Part shown: piece by piece, positions 23,435 to 33,573 of the stretch | Layout of the letters: each line of letters starts with the position of its first letter | Numbering within the stretch: position 1 is the first letter of the stretch | Virus record (IMG/VR): IMGVR_UViG_3300017739_000046 | Strand: one strand, 5' to 3' | From: a virus | Length of the DNA: 33,671 nt | Translations under genes and position numbers: made by a program | The notes under the pieces: generated by a model | What the model saw: only the letters and a program-made list of their open reading frames with translations | Database searches by the model: none | Told to the model about the DNA's origin: nothing

Positions 23435-25369
23435 ATGGCTGAAGAACTACAAAGATATAATTCCCAGGGTGTAGGATTAAGAGTACCTAAAGTGGATTTT
23501 ACTGCTTCTAAGGTCCAGGCACAAACAATGGCATCATTGTCTCAATCTTTAGACAGAATGAGCAATTATTTTTTTAGGGTAGCTGAAGGTCAAGCTAAGA
23601 TACAAGGTGCTGAATACGGTGCAGAAAATGCTCCAACAAAGGACCAGATAAAAGCAAGTATAGAAAGTGGTGAGCCATTAGAAGTAGTTGGCGATCAATC
23701 AACAGTATTTGGTCAATACGCCCGTAATGCATCATTAACGGCTGTCACCGATGAAATAGACTATATGATGAGTACAGAGATGTCTAAAACGATAAAGGCA
23801 TTTAATGACAGTTTAGATCAACCTGGCTCTGATGCTAACTACGAACCCGATAAATTGTTAGATAAATTATCTGCTATTATAGAAGGTCACGCTTCTGCTT
23901 TAGATGATGTATCACCTGGTACGGCCCGTAAGCTAAGAGCATCGGGTGGTATAAAGGCTAATGCTAAATTTGTGAGTTATGCTGATAAATGGTCCAATAA
24001 TGAATACGCTAAATCTAAATCACAGTTTTTTGCTAAAATAGAAATGGATGATAGTGAATTGTTTGAGCAGATATCAGCTTATGCAGACAATCCTAAAATG
24101 TTAGATTTTTTAATTACGTCATATAAAAACAAAAGATTGGCTGAAGGTTCAACATTTAAATTATCACAGGGCGAATTGCAGAATATAGCCAATAACTTTG
24201 ATAAAAACCTTAAAAATGTAGCAAACAAAATAATGCTGGATGAAATATTAAAATCAGAAGCTATTCCTGGTATGCAAGGCAAAATGCTAGAAGAGCTACT
24301 AAAAAATCCAGAAAGCCGTAATGTTTCAATGGCTATGGCATCTGGTTTAAATATATTAGAACAATTAGGTGAAAGCCGAAGTGACATAGTTAAAAACCTT
24401 TTTAACGAACATCAGAACAAAATTAACTTTGAACAAAACCAACAAATAAACCAAATAAACAACAACGTCAGAGAAGTTAAAGATGTTCTAGGACAGGCTG
24501 TTACAAAATGGATAAGAGGTGAAACAGAAGAAGCAGAAATGTTAATGGGAGATTATATTAACGCTAACGGTGGTGTTATCCTAGAAGGCACAGGGTCACA
24601 AATAGAACAATGGGCTAAATTTAAAGAAACACAAAATAGTGCAGACGTTGATGATGTAAACCAAGTAGTTGTTCGTCTCGAAGCTATGGGAACTAACCTT
24701 ACAACTGATGATGTATTAAAAGAATTTAATGCTGGTAATCTTTCTAAAACAACAGCTTCTGGTTTAATTAATGATGCTCAAAAGTTTGCTGATGATAAGT
24801 ACAAAAGGGCTGTTAAAAATGTTATTTATAAAGCGTTTCAGTTTGAAGAAAATGTATTAATTTTAGATCCTAAAGGTAGAGATAAATTAAACATTGAATT
24901 AAAGAATGAAGCTCAAGCAGAAATAAGTGCAATGTATGAACAGTCATTAATTGATGGCACAACACAAAAATTTAACTGGTCAGCAGAAGCTCAAAAAATT
25001 GTTGATAGATTAGATAAAAATTTAAAACCAGAAATAGAACTAAAGGAAAAAAATAAATCTGTACGAATTATAAAAGCTATTTTACCACAAATTGAAGACG
25101 TTCCATTTAAAAATCAATTTAAAGATTTAAAAGCTGAAGATATTACTGAAGATCAAGTTCAGTTAATTCTAAACACTCTTATAAAAGTTCGAGGGGAAAT
25201 AGATAATCCTACTGCAAAACCTAGTGGTAGTTTATTTAGTTCTGCACCACCAGACCCAATACCGTCTTATATAAGAATATTAACTAAACAATATAAAGGA
25301 AGTACAAATCGACTAGACAGCCAAATAACCATTTTAAAAGAAACTTTAACCCTATATAGCGATGACTGA
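23435..25369 (+). CDS. Internal virion / ejection protein (gp15-like position, 644 aa)
   Basis: ATG 23435 has GGAGGGG upstream. Large helical protein. The call rests on synteny only. Confidence 0.5.
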   Translation: MAEELQRYNSQGVGLRVPKVDFTASKVQAQTMASLSQSLDRMSNYFFRVAEGQAKIQGAEYGAENAPTKDQIKASIESGEPLEVVGDQSTVFGQYARNASLTAVTDEIDYMMSTEMSKTIKAFNDSLDQPGSDANYEPDKLLDKLSAIIEGHASALDDVSPGTARKLRASGGIKANAKFVSYADKWSNNEYAKSKSQFFAKIEMDDSELFEQISAYADNPKMLDFLITSYKNKRLAEGSTFKLSQGELQNIANNFDKNLKNVANKIMLDEILKSEAIPGMQGKMLEELLKNPESRNVSMAMASGLNILEQLGESRSDIVKNLFNEHQNKINFEQNQQINQINNNVREVKDVLGQAVTKWIRGETEEAEMLMGDYINANGGVILEGTGSQIEQWAKFKETQNSADVDDVNQVVVRLEAMGTNLTTDDVLKEFNAGNLSKTTASGLINDAQKFADDKYKRAVKNVIYKAFQFEENVLILDPKGRDKLNIELKNEAQAEISAMYEQSLIDGTTQKFNWSAEAQKIVDRLDKNLKPEIELKEKNKSVRIIKAILPQIEDVPFKNQFKDLKAEDITEDQVQLILNTLIKVRGEIDNPTAKPSGSLFSSAPPDPIPSYIRILTKQYKGSTNRLDSQITILKETLTLYSDD

Positions 25370-27767
25370 TTTAATTAGAGAATATTTAAATAGCAAAGAT
25401 TTAAGGCTTCATGGAAGCAATGTAAGCGTTATGCCTGGAGAGAACGGCAATGTTCTTTCTCCTGGTACTTTTCCTGGTGATATATTTGGTGGCAGTTACC
25501 CACAAATGGACCCAAATGAAACACCCCAAGAAATGGGCCAAAGAATGTCTGATGCTCAACAAAATACTGGATTAGGTAATGTGCTTGTTGGTGGTGCAAA
25601 AAGAGCGATACAGGGTGCTGTTGATTACGGAACAGAACTTTTAGAATTAGGTGGGGAACAATTTTTAGCACAGGCTGGATTAACTCGTGGGGGTGAACCT
25701 ATTAACCTTTCAATTCCAAAACCAGTACTTTTTAAAGACATACCAAAACCAGAAGGAGCTTTAGAAGGTATTGCACAGGATTTTGCTCAGTTTGGTTTTG
25801 GTATGGCTATATCTCCTGGCACAAATGTTATCAAAGGTGCTTTAAGTGGAACTTATTTTGATCCAGAAAACGGTGCATTTATTTCTGGTTTAAGAGAATT
25901 AGGCATTGGTAAAGATGCATTAGCATTTCTTGATTTTAAAGTTGATGAAGATGCTACAACTGAAGAAAGAGTAATTTCACGAATGTTTCAAGGATTAGAA
26001 GAATTAGGTCTTACAGCATTTGGCGAAGGAATTATAAAAGCTCTTAAAGAAATTAAAAACTCACCAGCGTTATTAGAAAAAGCCCGTGAGACTATTGTAC
26101 AAGCTGGACAAAAAATAGGCACAGATGCACAGGCTAGGTTAGATGCTAATAAAGGATCAACATCATTATCAGCTATGGGCGTGGCAGAAGTAGAAAGTGC
26201 TATAGATACTCAACTAGCTAAGTTGGCTCCTACTACTTTTAAAATGTCACCAGAAGGTACAAGAGGTCATAAAGTGCCACACCAATTATTAGTAGAAGGT
26301 AGTGGTGAAAAACCTACAACATTAGTAACTCAAACATTTATTCCAACCAACAAACAAACAAATCTTGATAATATTGATGCTCTTAAAAATAACCATCCAG
26401 ATGCTTTGTTAAGTGCTGAAAATTGGTTAAAAATGGAACAAGAAGGATTAGGTGGAGATCACTTACCAATACCACCAATGGTTGCAATAAACTATGCTAA
26501 TGATCCTAATAAGATGGTAGAAAAATTAAAATCACTTACACCAGAAATGAAAGCTGGAGTTGATGAAGGATTTTCATACGTTAAAAATATAAGAGAGGTT
26601 TATCAAAGTGGGGAAGCAACTCCCAAAATGACAGCCGATTTATTTGTGTGGGGGATACTGTCAAGAGGTGCTGGTCCAGTTCAACAAGAAAGTGCATTTA
26701 TTGATATTATTGATGGATCAAAAGATTTAATTCAAAAAGCCGTAGATGGTAATTTTACAGAAGCCGATCAAATACTATGGGAAAATACTATTAAAAATTT
26801 AATGCCTAAAGGTTCACCAGGCAAACAAGTAACAATGAACGTAAATGCAACTGGAAAATTATTATTTGAACTTTCTAAAAAAGTTGATGGGTCTGATGAT
26901 ACAGTACTACAAACACTACATAATATGATTGGCAATCCAAATAGATCAGCAAAAGATATTAGAAGAGAATTTATGGCTTTAACTGAAGGTGCTGGGATAG
27001 ATAATAAAGTTGTTAGTTTTACTTTGTTAGTTTCTGGAAGGGATGACGTATTAGTTATGGACAGAATACAAGGAAGACATTTATGGGATGATGGTAGGTT
27101 TGAAGGGTTTAATTTATATGACGGTTATAAAAAAGAAGGAACAACTGCTAAAGAAGGTTTACAAGGAATTTTTAGAGGACCTAGAGGATTACTTATAACA
27201 GAAATGTTAGAAGATGGATTAAGAAAAAATATTAATGAAGTTTATAATATTCTTGGTAGACCAGAGGATGCATCATTAGGAAGATGGCATTGGGAAAACT
27301 GGGTTATTGAAGGTGAGCAAGTTGTATCACATAGCACCTTAGAAGCTATTACTAAAGGTTCGGCAGTAGGTACAAATGTTGTAGAGGGTAAGCCAGGAAC
27401 ATTTTCATCTGGAACAAAGTACATAAAAGGCAAAGAGGGTGCTGTAATTGAGTATCCATTATCTGATGGAAGTGTTGTTTATTTAACGCCAGAACGACAA
27501 AAAGAATTTGAAGCCTTTATTAAAAAAGAAAAAAATGGTATAGTACCTAAAGGATTTAAAGTTAGTGAAAACACAGGAGTTCCTTGGTATGAAAGACCCG
27601 AAGTCAACAGAGAAAAACTCGACAGAACAGCAAGAGAGTTCGCAAACTCAAACATCCACGGAGAAGTTTTATCAAGCTCTAAGGGGGCTGGAGAAAGTAA
27701 AAACACCTCTGGATCAAGCAACAGAACAAGTAGAGGAAAAATAACTACCTCTAGTGGAGGTGGTTAA
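25362..27767 (+). CDS. Internal virion / ejection protein (801 aa)
   Basis: Synteny with the T7 gp15/gp16 region. Gly/Ser-rich basic C-terminus. A possible helix-hairpin-helix-like motif lies at about 26985..27090. Confidence 0.5.
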   Translation: MTDLIREYLNSKDLRLHGSNVSVMPGENGNVLSPGTFPGDIFGGSYPQMDPNETPQEMGQRMSDAQQNTGLGNVLVGGAKRAIQGAVDYGTELLELGGEQFLAQAGLTRGGEPINLSIPKPVLFKDIPKPEGALEGIAQDFAQFGFGMAISPGTNVIKGALSGTYFDPENGAFISGLRELGIGKDALAFLDFKVDEDATTEERVISRMFQGLEELGLTAFGEGIIKALKEIKNSPALLEKARETIVQAGQKIGTDAQARLDANKGSTSLSAMGVAEVESAIDTQLAKLAPTTFKMSPEGTRGHKVPHQLLVEGSGEKPTTLVTQTFIPTNKQTNLDNIDALKNNHPDALLSAENWLKMEQEGLGGDHLPIPPMVAINYANDPNKMVEKLKSLTPEMKAGVDEGFSYVKNIREVYQSGEATPKMTADLFVWGILSRGAGPVQQESAFIDIIDGSKDLIQKAVDGNFTEADQILWENTIKNLMPKGSPGKQVTMNVNATGKLLFELSKKVDGSDDTVLQTLHNMIGNPNRSAKDIRREFMALTEGAGIDNKVVSFTLLVSGRDDVLVMDRIQGRHLWDDGRFEGFNLYDGYKKEGTTAKEGLQGIFRGPRGLLITEMLEDGLRKNINEVYNILGRPEDASLGRWHWENWVIEGEQVVSHSTLEAITKGSAVGTNVVEGKPGTFSSGTKYIKGKEGAVIEYPLSDGSVVYLTPERQKEFEAFIKKEKNGIVPKGFKVSENTGVPWYERPEVNREKLDRTAREFANSNIHGEVLSSSKGAGESKNTSGSSNRTSRGKITTSSGGG

Positions 27768-30700
27768 TGGCAATACAAACTGATTTAGATAAACTATCTG
27801 AAAACATTATTAGTCCTCCTACCGATCCATCAGCAGTTACACCTCCTGTTGATCCTAATGCAAATCTTATTGATGAAGTTACTGATACTGAAAAAGAACT
27901 AAACGCTTTACCAGAAAATGAAGGGATACAATTAGCAAGTGCTAGTGGTGGCGTAGATATTGTTAAAGGTATTATTAAAAAAGTTAAAGATGCTACAGGG
28001 GATGCTGAAAAAAGAGTTTACGGTAATATTAATCAAAAAGATTTAGTTGTTGATATGGGTGATAGTTTAATTATTAGACCAGCCGACAACATAGAAATAG
28101 AAGATTTTAAATCTCTTTTATCTGAAGGAGATGATAAGTCACCTGGCATAAATATGTTTCAGTTAGGTAAAGACTTAACGTCTGATGATAGTATTAAAGC
28201 GTTATTTGCTATAGATCAATTTGATCAAGACCTGGCATCATTTTTAGAAAAAGTAAAAGTAGCCAATCAGCCACTATTTAAATCTTTATCAAGAGATAAA
28301 ATCTCTGTTGAAGCAATGGCTAAGTTAGCTGAAAAAAATGGTATGTATGACACTACTATGAGGATGTTATCTCGTAAACCTGGCGAAGTATTACCAGCAG
28401 AAGATACTGTAGGTTCTATAATCGCAATGGTTAATTTAGGTAAACTAGCCAATACTCATGTAAATAAAGCCATAACATCGGGCGATACAAAAGATAAAAT
28501 GATAGCTTTGAGATTTATTTCTTTACAAGCAAAATTGTCAGCATCTATATCTGGAAACGTATCTGAATACGCTAGAGGTATGGCAACAGTAAGATGGTCT
28601 AAAAAAATAACAAGTGGTGGAGTAGATCAATTTACAAATGATTTAAACTTAGCCATTGAAAGAATGGAAGGTGAAGAAAGTGTAGATTACCTACTTAACT
28701 TTTACGCTAGTTTGCCAAAACAGCAACAACTTGAATTTGCTAAAAAAGGTATTTTTGCTAAAGGAATGGATGCTTTAGTAGAAGTTTACATCAATACTCT
28801 TTTATCCTCACCCGTAACCCATATTGTTAATATGTCGGGTAATACTCTTTTCCAGGCTTTAAAGGTCGTAGAAACACTACCAGCTAGTGTAGTTGGTGCA
28901 GTAAGGACAAAACTACTCCCAGGACAAAACCCTAATGACCGTGTGTTTATGGAAGAATTTACTTATAAATTACACGGAATAAAAAAGGCACTAAACGATG
29001 CTGTATTATTATCTAGCAAAACTTTTTTAACGGAAAAACCTGGCATTGACGGAACTAAGATTGACGTTAGAAATACCAGAGCAATAGGTAATGAAGGTGA
29101 TATTCCTACCGTAATGAAAAATATAAATGAAGCAACAATGAATGGTCATTATTTACCAGCTTTTGTCGATATGTTGGGTGTCTATTACAGAATGTCATCA
29201 CGGTTTTTAATAACTGAAGATGAGTTTTTTAAAGTTATTGCAATGCGATCAGCCACTTATAGCGAAGCCATAAGAAGGCATAAGATGGTTTACAATGATG
29301 TTTTACGAACAACAGGCGATGTTGAAGAAGCAACTTTACGAGCTGGTTTAGAATATGACAATGCAATCAAAAACCCAGATACAACTATCACAGAAAATTA
29401 CGCTAAAGAATTAACATTTACTGGTGACTTAGATGGCATATTAGCTAGTGGCCAACAATTTACTAGTACGCCATTATTAAAATTCTTTATACCTTTTTAT
29501 AAAACACCCGTTAATATTTTTACTGAAGTCTTTGACCGTACTTTGCCACCACCTCTTAATTTAAGAGCGTATGATAAAATCAAAAATGGTACGGGTAGAC
29601 AAAAAGATGAAGCTATAGCAAAACTAATAAGTGGCTGGACCATTGGGTATGGGTTTTATTCTTTAGTAAGTGGCGATACAAATGATGATTTTTATTGTGT
29701 AGGTAGTGGACCAGATGATGCTAGAGTAAGGAAAAACTGGTTTAATCAAAATAATCAGCAATACAGTTGTGTAATGACAATGGATGATAATTCACAACGG
29801 TCATTTACTTTTTCCAGGCTTGATCCAGTATCACCTATTTTAGCAATGGCATCAGACTTACATTATTATATTCAGAATGAACCCGATCAAGAAAGTATCC
29901 AGTTTATGTTAAAGGTGTTTACGTTGGCTGTAACAGATTATGCCGACCAACATCCAATGCTCCAGGGTGGACACGAAATATTCGAGATACTAAGCCCTAG
30001 TACACAGATGTCATCATCTGCCAGATTTGATAAAGCTATGAGTTTGATAGGAGAAAAGGCTGGTCAAGCCTTTGTATCTACAAGCCCATTACCAACATTT
30101 GCAAACAAACTATATCCATCAAGTTCTAGTTTTTCTGCTTGGCTTTCTAGAATGGATGATCCTGTTAAAAAGAGTTCTAAGCTACCACCTGGAGAAGCGA
30201 CAAATCCTATTACTGGTGAGAGCATGGGATTATATACAGAACTATCACCAGCCGTTAGAGGGTTTTATACAGCATTAGAAAAAACTAAAGCTAAAAATCC
30301 GTTATGGAACAAAGGCTTAAAACCAGACCTTAATATGTGGGGCGAAGAAATTGAAATGACATCGGGTTTAACTAAGTGGGAATATGTATCACCTATAAGA
30401 ATAAAAGAATTGAAATACAATAAGTTAGATGATGAACTTGTAAATTTAGGTAATGCTGGTGGTGGTGCTATATCCTCACCCAGAAATAAATTAGGTGATG
30501 TCTTATTAAACAGAGATGAGTACTACGATTATGTAATGTTTCTTAACCAGGTAGACGGTAACGGTAATCTTCCAATGGATGATGACTATGATCCTTCTGA
30601 TACATTAAAGAATGTTTTAATGGAAGTAATTACTGGAACAACCGAGAAAGCAGATAAAGCTGGGGATAATTTTAGTTCGCTTTATTTTGATGCTGTATTG

Positions 30701-30817
30701 CCAGAAGAGAAAGTAGATATTTTAAATTATTTTGTTACTCAAAGAAAAAAGTTTGCCAGGAAACAACTAATACAAAAGTATGACAGATTACAATTTCATT
30801 TTCCAATAGATGAATAA
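27767..30817 (+). CDS. Large internal virion / ejection protein (1016 aa)
   Basis: TAATG-coupled. The largest ORF in the genome, in the T7 gp16 position. No enzymatic motif recognised. Confidence 0.5.
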   Translation: MAIQTDLDKLSENIISPPTDPSAVTPPVDPNANLIDEVTDTEKELNALPENEGIQLASASGGVDIVKGIIKKVKDATGDAEKRVYGNINQKDLVVDMGDSLIIRPADNIEIEDFKSLLSEGDDKSPGINMFQLGKDLTSDDSIKALFAIDQFDQDLASFLEKVKVANQPLFKSLSRDKISVEAMAKLAEKNGMYDTTMRMLSRKPGEVLPAEDTVGSIIAMVNLGKLANTHVNKAITSGDTKDKMIALRFISLQAKLSASISGNVSEYARGMATVRWSKKITSGGVDQFTNDLNLAIERMEGEESVDYLLNFYASLPKQQQLEFAKKGIFAKGMDALVEVYINTLLSSPVTHIVNMSGNTLFQALKVVETLPASVVGAVRTKLLPGQNPNDRVFMEEFTYKLHGIKKALNDAVLLSSKTFLTEKPGIDGTKIDVRNTRAIGNEGDIPTVMKNINEATMNGHYLPAFVDMLGVYYRMSSRFLITEDEFFKVIAMRSATYSEAIRRHKMVYNDVLRTTGDVEEATLRAGLEYDNAIKNPDTTITENYAKELTFTGDLDGILASGQQFTSTPLLKFFIPFYKTPVNIFTEVFDRTLPPPLNLRAYDKIKNGTGRQKDEAIAKLISGWTIGYGFYSLVSGDTNDDFYCVGSGPDDARVRKNWFNQNNQQYSCVMTMDDNSQRSFTFSRLDPVSPILAMASDLHYYIQNEPDQESIQFMLKVFTLAVTDYADQHPMLQGGHEIFEILSPSTQMSSSARFDKAMSLIGEKAGQAFVSTSPLPTFANKLYPSSSSFSAWLSRMDDPVKKSSKLPPGEATNPITGESMGLYTELSPAVRGFYTALEKTKAKNPLWNKGLKPDLNMWGEEIEMTSGLTKWEYVSPIRIKELKYNKLDDELVNLGNAGGGAISSPRNKLGDVLLNRDEYYDYVMFLNQVDGNGNLPMDDDYDPSDTLKNVLMEVITGTTEKADKAGDNFSSLYFDAVLPEEKVDILNYFVTQRKKFARKQLIQKYDRLQFHFPIDE

Positions 30818-30870
30818 TGGTGGAACTTATGCTAAATTTAATGTACAAATACTATAAGTAGGGATTAGAT

Positions 30871-32568
30871 ATGACAAGCGTTGATGTAAATGATGTACTA
30901 AAAAGAACTCAATCGACAGCCAATGGATCGACTACGGATTTTAGTTTTTCATTCCAGGTCAACGCTACGAGTGAAATTAAAGTTTACGAAGATAGCACTT
31001 TAAAAACTGAAGGCACACATTACGACATTGTAGATAGTTCGGCTAGTGCTGGATTAAATGCTAACGGTACGGGCGTTGTAAAATTTAAAACCTCCCCTAC
31101 TAACTATACACCAGCTAATAACAAAGTAATTACGATACTATCAGTTATGAGTTTAGCTAGGTCATCTGTCTATTCATCTGGTGGTAATATAACGGCTGGA
31201 TCATTAGAAACAGATTTTGACCGTCTTCATCGCATTGCTGGAGATTTTAAAGAAGTTAAAAGCCGTACAGTTATAGCACCAGAATATTCTGCTACCAACG
31301 TAGATATGACACTACCAGCTAAAGCGACCAGGGCTGGAAAACTACTAGGTTTTAATTCTTCTACGGGTAATCCAGAAGCTACGTTTACTGTAGCTGACGG
31401 TACTACATTGGCATCAGTTACGGCTGACATAGCGACACTAGCAGATATAGAAGATGGTACAGATGCGACAGATGCTATTCAAACAGTTGCTGGTATTGCA
31501 TCAAATGTTTCTACGGTGGCTGGAATATCAAGTGCTGTGTCTACAGTAGCTAGTAATAACTCCAATGTTTCGGCTGTAGCTGGAAATGCAAGTAATATAA
31601 ATACTGTTGCTGGTAATAATTCTAATATAACTACTGTGGCTGGAATAAGCAGTAATGTAACAACAGTAGCTAATGATGGAACTGATATTGGAACGGTTGC
31701 TGGTATATCATCAAACGTAACTACTGTTGCTGGTATTGCATCCAATGTCACAACCGTAGCTGGTAAAGCATCATTAATTACATCTGATTTTGCAACAGAT
31801 ATGGCTTTAATAGACAGCACATTTGTAAGTAAAATGAGTTTAGTTACAAGTGATTTTGTGTCAGATATGGCAAATGTTACATCTGATTTTATAAGTGACT
31901 TAAATGATTTAGCGACATCTGCAATCGTTGAGGACCTCAATTTATTAGCGACAAGTTCGGTTATAGCAGATATGGCTAGTTTAGCTGGTGGTGGTGCTAA
32001 TCCAAACATAACTAGCGTAACAGCAAGTGGCACAGTATCGGCTGGTAATATAGTTGTTACTGAAGATGGTACTATTGTATTTGAGGGTGCTACAGATAAC
32101 GCTAATGAAACAACATTGACGGTAGCTGATCCTTCCGGGGATAGAACCATTACTTTACCAGATGCGACAGGCACGGTGGTACTAGCAGATGCGACACAAA
32201 CATTAACAAATAAATCTATTGTAGCGACACAGCTTACGGGAACGGTAGCAAATGCTAGGCTGGACCAACAGTTACAGGATGTTGCTGGATTGGCTGTTAC
32301 AAATGGTAATTTTATTGTAGGTGATGGGTCTAACTTTGTAGCTGAAAACGGATCAACTGCACGAACATCATTAGGGCTAGGAACATCTGCAACAACTGAT
32401 ACGGGCATAAGCAATGGCAATGTTCCTGTATTTACTTCTGGTGTTGCTGATGATGATTTTTTAAGAGTGAACGGTACTAACATCGAAGGTCGAAGTGCAT
32501 CTGAAGTAGCTACAGATATAGGTGCTGTATCGGCTGGATTTGCTATTGCTATGGCTGTGGCTTTATAG
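30871..32568 (+). CDS. Tail fibre with a T7 gp17-like N-terminal anchor domain
   Basis: GSTTDFSFSFQV...IKVY....YDIV....ITILSVMSLARSSVYSSGGNITAGSLETDFDRLHRIAGDF parallels T7 gp17 GSNRDFNIPFEY...[30 protein letters not shown]. The central part is a 10-aa repeat array. Confidence 0.85.
   Translation: MTSVDVNDVLKRTQSTANGSTTDFSFSFQVNATSEIKVYEDSTLKTEGTHYDIVDSSASAGLNANGTGVVKFKTSPTNYTPANNKVITILSVMSLARSSVYSSGGNITAGSLETDFDRLHRIAGDFKEVKSRTVIAPEYSATNVDMTLPAKATRAGKLLGFNSSTGNPEATFTVADGTTLASVTADIATLADIEDGTDATDAIQTVAGIASNVSTVAGISSAVSTVASNNSNVSAVAGNASNINTVAGNNSNITTVAGISSNVTTVANDGTDIGTVAGISSNVTTVAGIASNVTTVAGKASLITSDFATDMALIDSTFVSKMSLVTSDFVSDMANVTSDFISDLNDLATSAIVEDLNLLATSSVIADMASLAGGGANPNITSVTASGTVSAGNIVVTEDGTIVFEGATDNANETTLTVADPSGDRTITLPDATGTVVLADATQTLTNKSIVATQLTGTVANARLDQQLQDVAGLAVTNGNFIVGDGSNFVAENGSTARTSLGLGTSATTDTGISNGNVPVFTSGVADDDFLRVNGTNIEGRSASEVATDIGAVSAGFAIAMAVAL
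31483..31782 (+). repeat. Ten tandem 30-bp (10-aa) repeats, TVAG(I/N)(A/S)SNV(T/S), inside the fibre gene, decaying into about seven degenerate units up to about 31990
   Basis: Read directly from the translation TVAGIASNVS TVAGISSAVS TVASNNSNVS AVAGNASNIN TVAGNNSNIT TVAGISSNVT TVANDGTDIG TVAGISSNVT TVAGIASNVT TVAGKASLIT. Confidence 0.85.
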
Positions 32569-32577
32569 GAGATATAA

Positions 32578-32913
32578 ATGGCTCAAGATTTTGAACGAAC
32601 ACTAACCAAAGATATAGATGCTAGTCTGACCGATATAAGGGCAACATCAGATAGTGATGATACTGTTGTAGGTTTAAGGCTAGTCAATACATCAACTTCT
32701 ACGATAACGGCTGACGTAGCAATAACTCAAAATGATAATACGGTCCTAGCGTACATTATTAAAAATGCACCGATACCAAGTGGATCATCATTAGAGTTGA
32801 TAGATGGTGGTGCGAAAATAGTTTTACAATCTGGTGATAAGTTAAGAGCCAAATCTGATGCGACAGATAGCATGGATACCATCGTATCGGTGGTAGATGC
32901 GATTAGTACATAG
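32578..32913 (+). CDS. Hypothetical 111-aa protein preceding a fibre-like gene
   Basis: GGAGA Shine-Dalgarno. Composition suggests a beta-rich protein. It occupies the same position as the 104-aa genes but shows no visible similarity to them. Confidence 0.7.
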   Translation: MAQDFERTLTKDIDASLTDIRATSDSDDTVVGLRLVNTSTSTITADVAITQNDNTVLAYIIKNAPIPSGSSLELIDGGAKIVLQSGDKLRAKSDATDSMDTIVSVVDAIST

Positions 32914-32922
32914 GAGTAGAGT

Positions 32923-33573
32923 ATGGGTCACATAGGTAAAACAGTAACACAGAATGTAGTATCTGGAAGTGAGATAACTGATGGTACAGTTACTGGTGCA
33001 GATTTAGCGAGTGATATTGCGATTAATACTACTGGTACAGTAACTGTAGGTGGCACAAGTAATTTAACTATTTCTGATGGTAACCTTGTTATTGGCACAA
33101 GTGGTCATGGAATAGATTTTAGTGCTACGAGTGATGGCACTACAATGTCCTCTGAACTTTTTGACAACTATGAAGAAGGTATAATCACAGTTGGAACAAA
33201 TATGGGTGGTGGTACTTTAACACTAGACAGTACCAATAACCATCTTATTTATACAAAAATTGGAAGAGTTGTTCACATTACTGGTGCAATACAAATGGCA
33301 TCAGAAAGTGGTACAAGTGGACAAGTTTTTCAGCTTACTGGTATGCCTTTTTCTGGAGCAGGAGATTATGATGGTCTTGCAGGAAGGTCGGTAGGTTACA
33401 TCTCACATGATGGTGCTACTGTAACAGATGGTGATGATTTAGTAGGAGTTATAAATGAAGGTGGTGCTGTAATCAATGTATATAGGCAAAATGAAAATGG
33501 GCATAATCTTGGTGGTGGTCAAGTAGACTCCAACTCAGTTTTATATTTTAATTTTCATTATTTTACAACGTAA
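32923..33573 (+). CDS. Tail fibre / receptor-binding-like protein (216 aa), paralog of the C-terminal domain of 361..1533
   Basis: MGHIGK N-terminus. GNLVIGTSGHGIDFSAT...LFDNYEEG and YTKIGRVVHITG...MASESG match GNLVIGTAGKGIDFSAQ...LSHYEEG and YTRVGNLVTVNA..IASVSG in 361..1533. Confidence 0.7.
   Translation: MGHIGKTVTQNVVSGSEITDGTVTGADLASDIAINTTGTVTVGGTSNLTISDGNLVIGTSGHGIDFSATSDGTTMSSELFDNYEEGIITVGTNMGGGTLTLDSTNNHLIYTKIGRVVHITGAIQMASESGTSGQVFQLTGMPFSGAGDYDGLAGRSVGYISHDGATVTDGDDLVGVINEGGAVINVYRQNENGHNLGGGQVDSNSVLYFNFHYFTT

Noticed and set aside
558-28452. Many 60-140-aa ORFs antisense to large genes, for example 558..761, 792..1068, 5506..5856, 12696..13218, 17102..17425, 21609..22022, 24079..24387 and 27479..27721
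   Set aside because: All are nested antisense within well-supported genes. They lack start signals and have low-complexity or Cys/Ser/Leu-rich products typical of chance open frames in AT-rich DNA.
31483-31782. A CRISPR-like array (regular 30-bp repeats; also the 33-bp-spaced iterons at 11042..11128)
   Set aside because: The 30-bp units abut each other with no spacers and are in-frame coding sequence. The iterons number only three, lie inside a gene, and have no cas genes or leader.
31479-32483. A 334-aa ORF antisense to the tail fibre gene
   Set aside because: It lies wholly inside the repeat region of a well-supported fibre gene. The GCT/GTT/ACT-rich decad repeats are free of stop codons on the opposite strand. 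It has no start context or Shine-Dalgarno and a low-complexity product.
30871-33573. A diversity-generating retroelement acting on the fibre genes (the head module has a Bbp19-like gene, as in BPP-1)
   Set aside because: No ORF anywhere has reverse-transcriptase motifs (YxDD). I found no near-identical template/variable repeat pair differing at adenines. The paralogous fibre domains are too diverged.
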